Below, in pieces: positions 10,981 to 23,859 of a DNA stretch of 64,000 nt. Position 1 is the stretch's first letter; each line of letters begins with the position of its first letter. Origin of the DNA: Octopus sinensis. Taxonomy: Eukaryota. The DNA lies in assembly GCF_006345805.1 (NCBI RefSeq), contig NC_042998.1, positions 76,446,001 to 76,510,000 on the forward strand, in the 5' to 3' direction. The notes below the pieces were generated by a model. That model had not been told where the DNA came from and ran no database searches. It worked only from the letters and a program-made list of their open reading frames with translations. The translations under genes and the position numbers were made by a program.

Positions 10981-13900
10981 CGGATGTGATGTCGTTTCAG
11001 CTCCGAAGGTATCATTTATTTTGACTATTAAAAGTGTATATTGACAAACATTTTGTGCTTAAAAGTTGTGCAACAACATCCACTGTAAACCTTTGATAAA
11101 TATCGACACAAAATTTTGCCCCTTGTGGGCAAAATTTAAAAGAAAAAATTCTCATAGCCTTCGTGGTTTCATTTAGCCATTTTATTTCCAAAATGGCCAC
11201 TGGCCACCACGAGGCTGAGTTGCAAGTCAAGCGTGACGCAGAAACAGAAACAAGGATGCTCTGTTAGCATACGCCGAACCTGACAACTCCACCACCACCA
11301 ACAGCAACAAATACAAAACAAGGTCAAGGCCAAGCACCGTCAACACCATCAGTGAGTCCACCACCACCACCAACACCATGGCAGAATCTGCTACTAAAAC
11401 TGCTATCCCTACTAAAGATATCGCCACAATAACAACACCAACATCACCATCACCGCCACCAAAGACCGTGCCGTCAATGCTACTAATACTACCAACACCA
11501 CCGCCGTCACCAAGAACGACAATAACAACAACAACAACAACAACAACGACGACAACAACAATTCCCTTCAACCACTGCTCACTCCATCACCAACAAGTGA
11601 AAAAATAACGACGACAAGCAAACGAAATGTCGAATTTTGCCCTAGTGCAGGACTAAAGTACGCAGCAATTTTCCACCCCTTCCTACTTGCACGATCGAAC
11701 CAACACACCAATTTTACAAACTGCAGCCACACAACAACATCACCACAAGCAACAACAATAACAAAACAACAACAAATTTCGCTGAGGCGATTAAAGAAAA
11801 AAAACAACAATATACTTTACGGCTCAACAAATACAGGACACGAAATCAAAATAACAGAATCAGAAGGTATAGTAAAAATAAACATACCAGAAGATATTTT
11901 GGAAAATGAAAAAAACGAACAATCATTTATAAAATAGTTAACAAAAAACAAAAATCCCAGAGAAGGCCAACACAGCAAAATAGAGAAGTGCTTGAAACCC
12001 ATCTGGGATCACAAGAATATGTAACCTGGTGGAACAAATTTGCCCACATACAAGTCGTTTTCTACACCGAAGAGTTAGCTAGACATTTCTCAACGCTAAC
12101 TCTTCACTCAGATGAACTCCAACTTACACCAAGCTATCGGGATAGAAAGTGACTAAGATCACTCTAAACAATGTCCCCAAAATAGCCAATAGTCTATGGC
12201 TTGTAAAGGCCTTATGCGTAAAAATGGCGAATTATACTATTTTGGAAACCACAGTCACAGAGCATAAAAACTGGGTGGGAAAAAAATAGAATTTTTCTCT
12301 ACATATACATCATGAAGATATAAAAAAAATACCCACCCAGATATGTGTATCAGACGACCACAAGTTATATGTGGTCGTCGATGGCAGAAGACCACGTTGC
12401 TACATATGCGGCAGTGAGCAACACCTCAAAAAAGACTGCAAATCTGCCGCAAGAAAACAACAGCAACAACAACAGCAGCCGAAACAAAAACAAATAAACA
12501 AGGTTTACTACCCACACCACTTTTTGCAGGAACAACCTCACCAAACAAACAACCACACCAACTGCAGCACCAAGAACAGAAGCAGCATCACCAACAACAA
12601 CAACCAAGAATATACCAACTCCCAAACCAAGGACATCTGCCAAAAAGACGCCCAGCAAAAATGAAGAAACAATTACAACTCCAAATCCCCACAAAATTGA
12701 GACCCTAACAACACAACAATACCCACAATCACTCAAACACAAAATACCCAAACCCCACATCCAAAACCGCATACACCACAACCAAACGCTCACCAACCAA
12801 CACCAACAACAAAACCAACACAGTCGACAATAGACCCCAATACTTTCCCTCTTCCAGACTCCGATTCGTCTGATCTGTCATTAGACGAAGAAGACACGGA
12901 AGATTGGCAAATAGCCACAGGGGGGAGAAGAAAAAGGGAAAACAAAAAAAAGAAAAAATAACAAACAAGCGGGAAGATACACCACTCCCGAAACAAAAAC
13001 ATCCACAGAAAACACACACATCAACACAAACACACCATCATCAAACCCCCCAAAAATGTTGACAGCCATAAACACAAACAACCACGACCTAATGGAACAC
13101 ATTAGGTCAAACACTAACATTACTGAAAACGACATAAAATCAAGTAACCACCCACACACAACACCACCACAACACATTAAAATAATACACGTGACACAGA
13201 ACACATACAGCACCCTGAAATCTCTTTACCCTGATGCAGTAGGGAGATTTCAAAAGTACTCATCGAAAAAACTGTATAAAAGCCTCATAGAAGAAGACCG
13301 TGAGGTGAAAGACAAGAACTTTCGAAAAACAAGTAACCTTTTCTCTCTCCTTTTCCTTTTTTGCACTTTTATCGGAACATGCTCAGAATAGGTAGTATAA
13401 ATGTACGTGGCTTGGGGTCGCCTTGGAAACAAGGCTATCTGTTAAATGACATCAAGTCACTAAATCTGAATATCATAGCCATCAGTGAGACCAGACTCCA
13501 CAGCTTGCGGGCACTCCAGCACATTTTCGGTACACATTTCAACATTTATTTTTCTCCGTGTCTACCGAGAATGGGCGGAGGTGGCACCGTGGTGCTTATC
13601 CGGAAGAGTCTGGATCTCAAAGTAAGAGCAAATTTCCTAGACCCGGAGGGTAGGCTGGTCGTTTTGGATGTCGATGGCAGCAATGAGTGTGCTTTTCGAC
13701 TGATAGCAGTTTATGCTCCGTCCTTAACAGGCCGACCAGATTTCTTTCGACGTCTAGAGTCTTTCATGAGAACGTCTCGTCCTTTACTTTTAGTGGGGGA
13801 TTGGAATGCCACCCTGGACACGCATCTAGACTACGTGGGCAGAGATAGCAATAGAAGGGGATGCAAATGCCTCAAAGACCTGCTCAGACGTTTCCAACTG

Positions 13901-16900
13901 TCTGACAGGTACCGACTGGACCACCCGAATGCGCCAATGTGGACATGGAGTAACCGCATCGGGTCGTCCAGATCATACTTAGATAGAGTATTCTGTAGGA
14001 CAATAGATAAAAATAGTGTAGGTTGTCCACAATTTCATATAGTCAGTTACACAGATCACAAGTTTGTGACTTGTACACTTGACTTAGATAAGACACATAG
14101 GCAGGGTCCTGGTTACTGGAAACTGAACACGTCTTTTACAGCACGACAGGTTTACAGGGACCGGATCAGCACATTAGTTAAGAGAGCTTTGACGGGTACC
14201 ATCATCAACAACAGATGGTGGTATGCCCTAAAAAAAGCGATTAAAGCAGAATCAGTCAGATACAGTAGAGCCCTAGCATTAGACCGAAATAGAATAGAGG
14301 GAGAATTAGTTAAGGTTTTAGAAGAGGCACTTAGAACTGGCATCGCGTCCAACGTACTGGCGGCGAGATTGGCCCTCGACCACACCTCAACGCCAAACAC
14401 GAGGGATGCGTTGTCAGAGCTAGGATGCGTGCTCTGAGGAACGAAGGAGTTGGAGCCGCCCAAGAGGCCCGAGTGGTGGAGACGCAACGAGGCAACAGAG
14501 CCACCATCAAGTCTCTTATAAATGAACAGGGGCGCGAATTGCTCGAGCCTAAAAGGATGTGTGGGGTTTTTCAACAACACTTCACCCAACTGTTGGGACA
14601 AGTGGTGAGTCAGAAAGCAGAGTGGACTTTAGTGCCTACCTGCATGCCTTGCCACGACTCTCAGCAAGGGAGGTGGAGTCTTGTGAAAAGCCTATCACAG
14701 CTGCGGACGTACAGGATGCGATGGTAGGCTGCGCGAGAGACAAGTCACCAGGCTTGGATGGTCTGCCCTACGAATTTTATTTTCATATGCCAGACTTGTT
14801 TGGAGGCGTCTTGGCAGCTGTCTACTGCAACTGGCAGCAGAACGGGAGTATTCCTGCTTTTGTAAAGCGAGGAGCAGTGGCACTGATCAAGAAAGATCCA
14901 AACAAGGGGGACGTCATAGATAATTTCAGGCCCATCACTCTGCTCAACGCAGATTTGAAAATTTTGGCCAAGGTGTTAGCCGAGAGGTTGGCGCTTGTCA
15001 TCAAGAAACTAATCGACAAGGCGCAAACATGCGCCGTGCCGGGTAGAAGTATTCATGACAACCTCCATCTGATGCGCTACATCATAGACAGGGTAGTTAA
15101 AAATCCTGGCATGGGTGGGGCGCTGATCAATTTGGATCAATCAAAAGCCTTCGATAGGGTAGACCATCACTACTTGGAGGCTGTCCTCAAAGCGGCTGGT
15201 TTCGGTCCAGTTTTCCGCGGTTGGATCGCTGCCTTATACAGCAGCATCCGCTCAGTAGTTCGCGTAAATGGTCATCTATCCAGACCTTTTAACATCATGC
15301 GTTCGGTTCGTCAGGGATGCCCCCTCTCATCGCTGCTGTATGTACTGACTCTTGAGCCACTACTGCGGAAACTGGCGACCGCTGAGGGGCATCCCACGAG
15401 AGCTGGGATGCGGGAGGAGCGTGTCTGCATACGCGGATGACGTCACCGTCATAGTGTCGAGCTACGAGCACATCGAGCTGGTCGGCGAGACACTGAAAGA
15501 ATACGAAGCGGTAACGGGAGCAAAAATTAACCGGGAAAAGTCAGTGGGCTTGCGGCTCGGCACTTGGAGAAGCAAGCCCATGCCGTCCAACAGCGTCTCC
15601 ATCGTGGGACGCTGGACGGACGGACCGGTTAATTGCTCGGGGTCTGGTTCGGTCCGACCTCCAAATGGAGAAGAACTGGGGCGAGATAACGACTAGGGTG
15701 GCTACTCTCACCCAGAAATGGACTGAGAGAAAGCTATCCCTAAAAGGTCGGGCGGAGGTGGCGAACGCGTACATCGCATCCGTCATCGAGTATCGTCTGA
15801 CCGTCGTGCCTTGTCCCGACCCTACCATCACCAAACTGGAACGCATACTCTTCCGCTTCTTGTGGAAGGGAAACGTTCCGATGGTTAGGCGATCCATTTG
15901 CTGCCAACACCCGCTAAATGGAGGGCTGGGCATGCCGTGGTTGATGATGCGCAGACATGCGCTGAGACTGCGACATCTCCGGCGCTTCATAGACAACGGT
16001 GAACAGGGGTGGTCGCCTTTTGTGCGGCGCGCTTTCCCGCAGCTCGTCTCCTTGGACGAACTACAGTCATGGATCAAGCAGAGACCGAGGCTAGGCGAAT
16101 GGCACCGCGAGTGTCGCGTTGCTCTCAAGCAACTCTGCCGTCCGGGATCGAACTTGTGCGACTCCATCACAACAAGGCATTCTATAGAGGATTAGTGGAG
16201 GGGAGGTGCGACGACGAACTCGGGCAGAGTCTGGGCGTCGACGAGGAACACCTGACCCGCCTGTTCAGGACAACTTTCGGGCCGGGACCTATGAACAATC
16301 ACCAAAGATCCTGGCCTGGCAGTGCTATCGAGAAGCATTACCTGTTCGGGATAAGCTCTACAGACACGGTTCCAGACACACTGGACCGACTTGCCCGAGA
16401 TGCGGTCAGAGCGACGAAACCGTTCTGCACGCACTCGTGCAATGTCCAACCATTTCCGACCTGTGGGCTTATGCCGAACGGCTGCTGTCACGTGTGGGAC
16501 GAATCCGCCTATCGGCCGAGTCTATCGTGGGAATTGCTCCGCCCCCTTCCCTCAACCGGGAAGGCAAGGCAGTTTTCATCGTACTGGTGGCCATGGTGAA
16601 AGAATGGTGTGGTGGACTCGAGCGAAAGGATAGAGACAAACACTTACCTCTCTGGCCAATCGCTCATCAACTTTTTCAAGTACCACTTGAAAGGAAGGTG
16701 AGAATGGAGAGGGAAGTTTTGTCTCGCGAAAGATTAAAAAAAAGATGGGTGAATGTTGCAAAGATGGTGCGTGCTAGTAACGAAACCATTTTGAGCATGA
16801 TCCTGTAGATCGTAAAAAAAAAAGAAAGAGAGCATTTTTGACCTCATGTGTTTATTTCCTCCCTGACTGGGGTTCCCGTGGTCTTTTCTGTAGGCTTTTC

Positions 16901-17104
16901 TTCCCACGGATGAACCCAATCTTGTTATATCAATGTTTACACCATTATTTCTGTGATACACGATTTCTTTTTTCCTTTTTTTCCTCCTCTCGATCCCTTT
17001 TGATCGCAATCTTACATTTTTATTTTTTTCCACCCTCGAAAGAAAAGCTCTGCATTTGTATTTGTCCCCTCTGTATTCAGCCCTGTGTGGCTAATAAAAG
17101 AAAG
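10981..17104 (+). mobile_element. Near full-length Tx1-like LINE, element C, inserted in a (TATC)n/(TC)n tract
   Basis: 5' UTR; ORF1 from ATG 11193 with CYICGSEQHLKKDC; ORF2 13379-16808 with APE, RT (YADD) and CPRC..ETVLHALVQC; 3' UTR ends aataaaagaaag then (tatc)n. Confidence 0.93.
13379..16808 (+). pseudogene. Tx1 ORF2 (APE endonuclease, reverse transcriptase, zinc finger), split by several frameshifts
   Basis: Consecutive ORFs 13361-14437, 14425-14727, 14559-15440, 15352-15696, 15665-16195, 16009-16599 and 16206-16808 give SINVRGL, ISETRL, GDWNA, TDHK, SPGLDGLPYEFY, DQSKAFDRV, RQGCPLS, YADDV. Confidence 0.9.
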
Positions 17105-17105
<1 letters not shown>

Positions 17106-17168
<63 letters not shown>

Positions 17169-17269
17169 ATAATATATATATATATATATATATAAGCAAG
17201 CTGCTTACCACACACCCACTCCAGCGCCTATATGTGATATATGTATATGTGTGTGTGTGTATATTATTT

Positions 17270-17301
<32 letters not shown>

Positions 17302-17390
17302 ATTATATATATTATATATATATATTATATATATATATATACATATCATATATGTAATATATGTATTATATATGTGTATAAATATATATA

Positions 17391-17429
<39 letters not shown>

Positions 17430-17445
17430 TATATATATATACACA
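17106..17445. repeat. (TATC)n and (TA)n microsatellites with a SINE head fragment (17194-17228, minus)
   Basis: Direct reading; the fragment matches the 5' end of the SINE at 40580. Confidence 0.85.
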
Positions 17446-17601
17446 TATTAGTGAGTCGAATGGCCTGATAGGCCACTCCTTGATATTATTGTTGAATGTA
17501 CATTATATAGTCTGATTGATTGATTGATTGATTCTAGTTTCAGCTTATGAGCTGTGGCCATGCTGGGGCACCGCCATTTGGTGTTGCTACTTGGTTTCAC
17601 T

Positions 17602-20600
17602 TCATGGAGGCTTTCTAGCAACTGCTATTTGGTGCATGAGAGAGTTCGATGCAGCTGCCCTCATCTGCCCCTCCTGCCGTGAAGTTGGTTCATCTGGGAC
17701 ACCTGACAGGAAGAGATCCAGCTTCATTTTAAAGACATCTGTATCCACCCCATGCAGGTCTCTCAGGTTCTTCGGGAGGATATTGAAGAGCTGTGGGCCT
17801 CGGAAGCCCAGGCTATCACAGAATCTTGTCCTACATCTTGATGGCAGGTTTGGAGTCCTAGGCACCACGCAGTGGCGCCCAGTTCTGGCATTTGCGTAAC
17901 TCTCGATGCCAAAGTTCAGGACACTTCCCTCCAGGATCTTCCAGATGTATATTATGGCATATCTTTCCCGCCTACGCTCCAGGGAATATAATTTTAATCT
18001 CTTGTGTCTTTCCCAGTAGCTTACATTCTGCATAGAGGCTATCTTCTTTGTGTAGCTTCGTTGGGTCGCCTCAAGTTCTGTGATCAACTTGACACTGGAT
18101 GGTGACCATAGCTGAGAGCAATAGTCAAAGTGGCTTAGGACAAGTGTCTTCCAGAGGACCATCATGGTTTCTTGTTCTCTTGTTCTAAAGGTTCTAAGAA
18201 TCCATCCAGCCAGCCGTCTACATTTCAGTGTCAGTTTAGCAACATGTACATGAAAGGTCGCGTCATCACTCATGTGAATACCCAGGTCACGCACTGATTG
18301 TGCCTCTGGGATTGCAATCCCTCCGGTCCAGTGTATTCATGGGTATTGCATTCAGTTTTGCATGCTGATAGTATAAAGCTTGAAACTTTCCAGCATTGAA
18401 CTGCATGCTATTCTTTTCAGCCCACTTGTATATTTTGTCCAGCTCACATTGCAGGTGTTTAGTGTCCTCAGGGTTCTGTATTGCCTGTGAAACTTTTGTA
18501 TCATCTGCATAACTTGTGATCGTGGCTCTCTGCGTGGCTGAGGGCATGTCTGAGAGGGCCATTATGAACAGTAGTGGTCCCAGAACAGTGCCCTGCGGAA
18601 CACCGCTCACTATTTGTGTGTTAATGGAGGTGGCCCCATTGGCTACTACACCTGACTTCTATCCTTCAGAAAGTCATGAAGCCATTCTCCCAGTTTTCCA
18701 ACTATGTTGAGATCACGCAGTTTGTGACATATCATTCCATGATCGACTTTATCAAAGGCCTTTGCAAAGTCGAGATATATCACTTCCACATTTGAGTGGT
18801 TGAGCAGCCGTTTCAGCACCCAGTCATAGTGCCGTAGGAGCTGAGTTAAACAGCTTCTCCCTGGTCGGAAACCATGTTGGGTGTCGGGCAGCAAGTCATT
18901 CTCTTCAAGGAAGGTGATCAGCTTCCTTCTGACTATTCGTTCCATGACCTTGCTGATGTGTGAGGTCAGAGAGATAGGTCTATAGTTCTTGGCTTCCGCT
19001 CTGCTACCTCCTTTATGAATGGGGCATATTTTACCTTCCTTCAGTTTTCCTGGAAGTTTGCCAGCTGCAAGGAAGCTCTGAAAGAGGAACTGCAGTGGTC
19101 TTGCTAGGACTCTCTTACATGCTTTTAGGAGGATTGCCGGGAATCCATCGGGGCCAGTAGCTGAGTCTGTTTTCATTTCATCTATAGCCTTGGTTACATC
19201 TTCTTCCTTTATATCGATGTAATCTATCGTCGCCGCCTCTGATTTTATATCTGCAGTGTTAAAAAAGTCAGTTGGATTGGTGATTTGGAGATGCCCAAGG
19301 GGTGGAGTGAAAACACTCTTGAATTGCTCATTCAGTATTTCACTTACCTCATTGGTTTTCCTGTAAGTGTGCCATCCTTTTCGAGGAGTGGCCCTATTCT
19401 ACAGTGCACACTGTAGCTGTTTCTTTGGCATACCTGTAGAAAGCTCTGGGGTTAGATTTTATGTTTTCTATAGCCCAGGCTTCTCTGTCTGCTCTTCTTT
19501 TTCATGGGAGAGTTGCAGACATTTTTCGATTTCCAACAGTTTTATTTTTAGGCGGGACTTTTCACTGCTTTCAATCTGTTTGTTTAGGCGATTTGAAAAT
19601 TTCGTACGCCGTCTCATTAAAATTTTCCTCTCTCTGGGGATTTTGTTCTTGTGTACAGTGGCCTTTCTCTCTGGGACACATTTGTAGCATATGGCTTGCA
19701 TTACAGACATGAATTGTTGAAGTTTCACGTCGATGTCTGGCGAGGAGAGACATTTAGGCCAGTTTTGTTTGAGGATCTCTTTCTCAATTGTTTCCAGTTT
19801 GCCTTATGGTAGTTCAAGCTGGAAAGATTTTGAGGGTTTCTTGTAGGCTGCATGTCCGTGCTCTCTTTTGGCCCGTACATGGTCAGCTCTATCATGTTGT
19901 GATCCGAGAGTAGTGTCGGTGTCACTTTCACATTATGGATGAGATCCATGTCATTTGTGAAGCAGAGATCCAGTGTGTTTCCTGCCCTGGTTGGTTGGAG
20001 TATTACCTGCTCCATGTACAGGGTGTTGATGAGGTTCAGGAGGGACCTCGCCTGTCCTCGTTCACATCTTGTCATTCCTGGGAGAGAAAGGCCCTCGGGC
20101 CATCTGACATTGGGCAGATTGAAGTCTCCCATAAGAAGCACACCTATGTGTTGTTCTAATGTGGTTAGAATTCTTCTATTTTTATAAGGCAGTCTTCAAA
20201 CTTGCCCACATGGCTTGGGGCATCTGGAGGGCGATATGTAGCACACACAACTACATCAAGTTGCCTGATATGTACAATTAGTGTGTCACACACCGAGTTT
20301 GAGTATGACAAGAGGACCTGGGGTGTGAGGTCCTCACGGATGTACATAGCAACACCTCCATGACTCCTTTCTTTCCTGTCGGTCCGTAGTACAGCATACT
20401 GTGGTATGTGTAACTCCGCATCTGCTATGTCCGGTTTCAGGTGCGTTTCTGTAAGTGCTATGCATAAGGCTTGATTGCATGCAACAAAGTCTCTCAGGAA
20501 CGGGATCTTTGTCCTGTTACTGAGTGTTTGCAGTCCTCTGATGTTCAGTAGGAGTATCGAGGTGAGGTGTACGTTGTTGCCGGCGGTGTCCATCCTGTGT

Positions 20601-20701
20601 CTGTTTGCTGTGGTGGTCTGGTATATAGTGGGTAGTCCCACCTGCGGGCTTGGGTTTGATGAAGCCAGGTCAGCTGCTGTACAATCTTTTGTGCCATGCA
20701 C
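17602..20701 (-). pseudogene. CR1-group ORF2 (APE + RT), broken by frameshifts
   Basis: ORFs 20165-20701, 19725-20141, 19468-19728, 18646-19176, 18287-18610 and 17602-18294 tile the canonical motifs in order. Confidence 0.9.
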
Positions 20702-21449
20702 AAAAAAGATTGTTGCTCAGCAGCTGCTTTTCGACATCATGTTGGCTGTTTGTGGCGCGCACAACATCTGCGTACCTCCGCTTTGGGGCAGGTGGTGCGT
20801 GGTCCATCCCTTTTCTTTGTGTTGATGGTTTGTCCATCTGCCTCGTGTCTCTGTGGCAGGGTCCCCGATGTGCAAAGCGGCAGCCTGCACCTTCCTTTCC
20901 ATGCCAGCAGGAACCTCTCAGGTAGAACATACACACCCGTGTGCGCTGTTTGGTTCCATCCTTTGCGGTTCCACTTCTATTTCTGGTTGTTTCACTCTTT
21001 GGTCCTGCTTGAGCTTTTTCTTTTCCTTTAGCTCTTCCAGTCCTTCTTTTAGTTCTTCCTCCCTCTACCTCTTCACCGGGTTCTCCGTCTCCATGGCCCT
21101 TGCTGCCGGTTGGAGAACTTGCACCTGGGTTCACTTCCCGGGCAGGTTTCTCATTCAAAACCTCCTCCCGGGCGTCCACCAGGTGGGGGTGACTTCTTTC
21201 ATCGTCTCCATTCTTGCCATCTTTGCTCCGCTCGTTCTCAAAGATGGCATCAAGTGCGCCAATGTGTGACCGTACAAGCGCATATGAGCGCACGAATTCC
21301 TGTCTCTTTCGCTCCATCTGAGCCGCTGTCCTCTTGTAGCCTCTGCTCTTCAGCGCAGCCGCAATCACCTCCCTAGGGCTATCTCCGCCGGCGCACTCCC
21401 ATGCTCGTACAAATAAATCCAGCTCGTCACGTCTCCATGCTCTGGACAT
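20670..21449 (-). CDS. LINE ORF1 with a putative Myb/SANT-like N-terminus and a CCCH zinc finger
   Basis: Open 259-aa ORF: WRRDELDLFVRAW..GYKRTAAQMERK and CMFYLRGSCWHGKEGAGCRFAH (C-x7-C-x8-C-x3-H); overlaps the ORF2 start. Confidence 0.7.
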   Translation of the reverse strand: MSRAWRRDELDLFVRAWECAGGDSPREVIAAALKSRGYKRTAAQMERKRQEFVRSYALVRSHIGALDAIFENERSKDGKNGDDERSHPHLVDAREEVLNEKPAREVNPGASSPTGSKGHGDGEPGEEVEGGRTKRRTGRAKGKEKAQAGPKSETTRNRSGTAKDGTKQRTRVCMFYLRGSCWHGKEGAGCRFAHRGPCHRDTRQMDKPSTQRKGMDHAPPAPKRRYADVVRATNSQHDVEKQLLSNNLFCAWHKRLYSS

Positions 21450-21499
21450 GCTGGATAATCCGTCTATCCGTTTATCTATCTAATTATGTTCGAGAGAAG

Positions 21500-22520
21500 A
21501 CAGGAAGATATTAAGGCTAATTAGAAGATAGAGTACTTGAAAAGAAAAAAAATATTAACATATTAAAGTTTGTGTAAAAACGTATTTGGGTAAAAACGTT
21601 ATTTAATCTCAAGGCTAATTAGGGGATAGAGTATCTGAAAATGTATTAGCAATATTAATATTATATTAGAGTGTGGATAAAAACGTTGTTTAATCTTAAG
21701 GCTAATTAGGAGATAGAGTATCTGAAAATATATTAGCAATATTAATATTATATTAGAGTGTGGGTAATATTAAACGTTATTTAATTTAATCTTAAGGCTA
21801 ATTAGAAGACAGAGTATCTGAAAAATTATATATACAATATTAAGCAATATTAACCGTTATTTAATTTAATCTTAAGGCTAATTAGACATTATTAATATTA
21901 AACGTTATTTAATTTAATCTTAAGGCTAATTAGAAGATAGAGTATCTGAAAATATATAGCAATATTAATATTATTATTAGAGTGTGGATAAAAACGTTAT
22001 TTAATCTTAAGGCTAATCAGGAGATAGAGTATCTGAAAATATATTAGCAATGTTAATATTATATTAGAGTGTGGGTAATATTAAACGTTATTTAATTTAA
22101 TCTTAAGGCTAATTAGAAGATAGAGTATCTGAAGAATTATTAACAATATTAAAACAATATTAAACGTTATTTAATTTAATCTTAAGGCTAATTAACAATA
22201 ATTATTAACAATATTAAACAATATTAAACGTTATTTAATTTAATCCTAAGGCTAATTAGACGTTTTTAATATTAAACGTTATTTAATTTAATCTTAAGGC
22301 TAATTAGAAGATAGAGTATCTGAAAGATTATTAACAATATTAAGACAATATTAAACGTTATTTAATTTAATCTTAAGGCTAATTAACAATAATTATTAAC
22401 AATATTAAACAATATTAAACGTTATTTAATTTAATCCTAAGGCTAATTTGACGGTATCAATATTAAACGTTATTTAATTTAATCTTAAGGCTAATTAGAA
22501 GATAGAGTATCTGGAAAATT
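21500..22520. repeat. AT-rich minisatellite array in the 5' UTR of element D
   Basis: About 15 recurrences of aaacgttatttaat(ttaat)cttaaggctaattag, many followed by aagatagagtatctgaa. Confidence 0.9.
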
Positions 22521-23161
22521 ATTATATCGAGAACAGTTATTGATAATGTAAACAAAACAAAATGACGATCGCAACTTTAACTAAGATGTGGGCCTAAGTG
22601 AAAGATAAAATAGAAAATAAATAAAATATTAAATAAAATATGAAATAGATGAAATTGATACTTAATCCAACAATGTGGTCTGGATTATTTTTTTTTGTTT
22701 TACGGGATTTTTTTCAGGAGAGCTGCTTCTTTTTTCTTCTTGCAGGAGATAACTTGATTCAGTATTTTTGCACCATTGTGCGTTTCGGCGAAAATGAAAA
22801 TGACTGTGATATATGTATATTTTATATATATTTTTAAAAATATTTTTAACCAAAGTGTTGTAGTGATCTCTGTGACTTAGAGTTTTACGTTTTGCAACAA
22901 CAGTGGGTTATTTCGCCGTTCTATGCAAACTTTTTCACAGAGCAAAGGCAATCACGTCTTTCTCTGCTGACAACGGAACCGGATATATGTGATATGTATA
23001 TGTGTTGACTATTTTTTCTTTCTCACTAGACCACTGGTGGCGAAAACATTTCTCTTGAATTTTTTGCTACCCTGATATTGATTTACACACACACATATTT
23101 TATATATATATATATATAATTTTCCCATTATTCAATCGGATTTTGGTAATTTGTGCCTTTC

Positions 23162-23180
23162 GAAACACGTGTAGAATGAA
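23162..23180 (+). ncRNA. 3' half of a hammerhead motif (5' core lost)
   Basis: GAAAC-ACGT-GTA, the same palindromic stem III pattern as 46595, 52142 and 52612; no upstream CUGANGA. Confidence 0.35.
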
Positions 23181-23234
23181 ATAAAACGATTTCTGTTCAA
23201 TCTGCGTTCAGCTCCATTTCTTCAATTCACCAAT

Positions 23235-23329
<95 letters not shown>

Positions 23330-23373
23330 ATATATATATAATATATATATAATATAAATATATATATATATAT

Positions 23374-23417
<44 letters not shown>

Positions 23418-23581
23418 AAAATATGTGTGTGTGTATAAATCAATATCAGGGTCAAAAAATTCAAGAGAAATGTTTTCGCCACCAGTGGTCTAGTGAGAAA
23501 GAAAAAATAGTCAACAGACTATATAATGTACATTCAACAATAATATTAAGGAGTGGCCTATCAAGGCCATTCGACTCACTA

Positions 23582-23615
<34 letters not shown>

Positions 23616-23676
23616 TTATACACATATATAATACATATATATACATATAATGATATATATATATATATAATATATA

Positions 23677-23715
<39 letters not shown>

Positions 23716-23859
23716 TAATATATATATAATATATATATAATATATATATATAATATATATACACACACACACATATACTATATCACATATAGGCGCTGGA
23801 GTGGGGGTGTGGTAAGCAGCTTGCTTACCAACCACATCGTGCCGGGTCCAGTTCCACTG

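Larger units (their letters stand above)
17513..22982 (-). mobile_element. Full-length CR1-group LINE, element D, with (AATC)n tail
   Basis: Tail attgattgattg at 17513-17533; ORF2 20701-17602 with LNIRGL, LTETHL, YRPP, MGDFN, SDHN, GPDG, YRPISLTS, DFAKAFDKV, GVPQGTVLGP, YADD; ORF1 21449-20670; 1.5-kb 5' UTR. Confidence 0.92.

Noticed and set aside
21500-22520. CRISPR-like array
   Set aside because: No unique spacers, eukaryotic context, and it lies in a LINE 5' UTR.
23470-23522. Minus-strand CTGTTGA...CGAAA as a hammerhead
   Set aside because: No proper stem II or NUH site, and the GAAA is absent from the homologs at 52990 and 53700.
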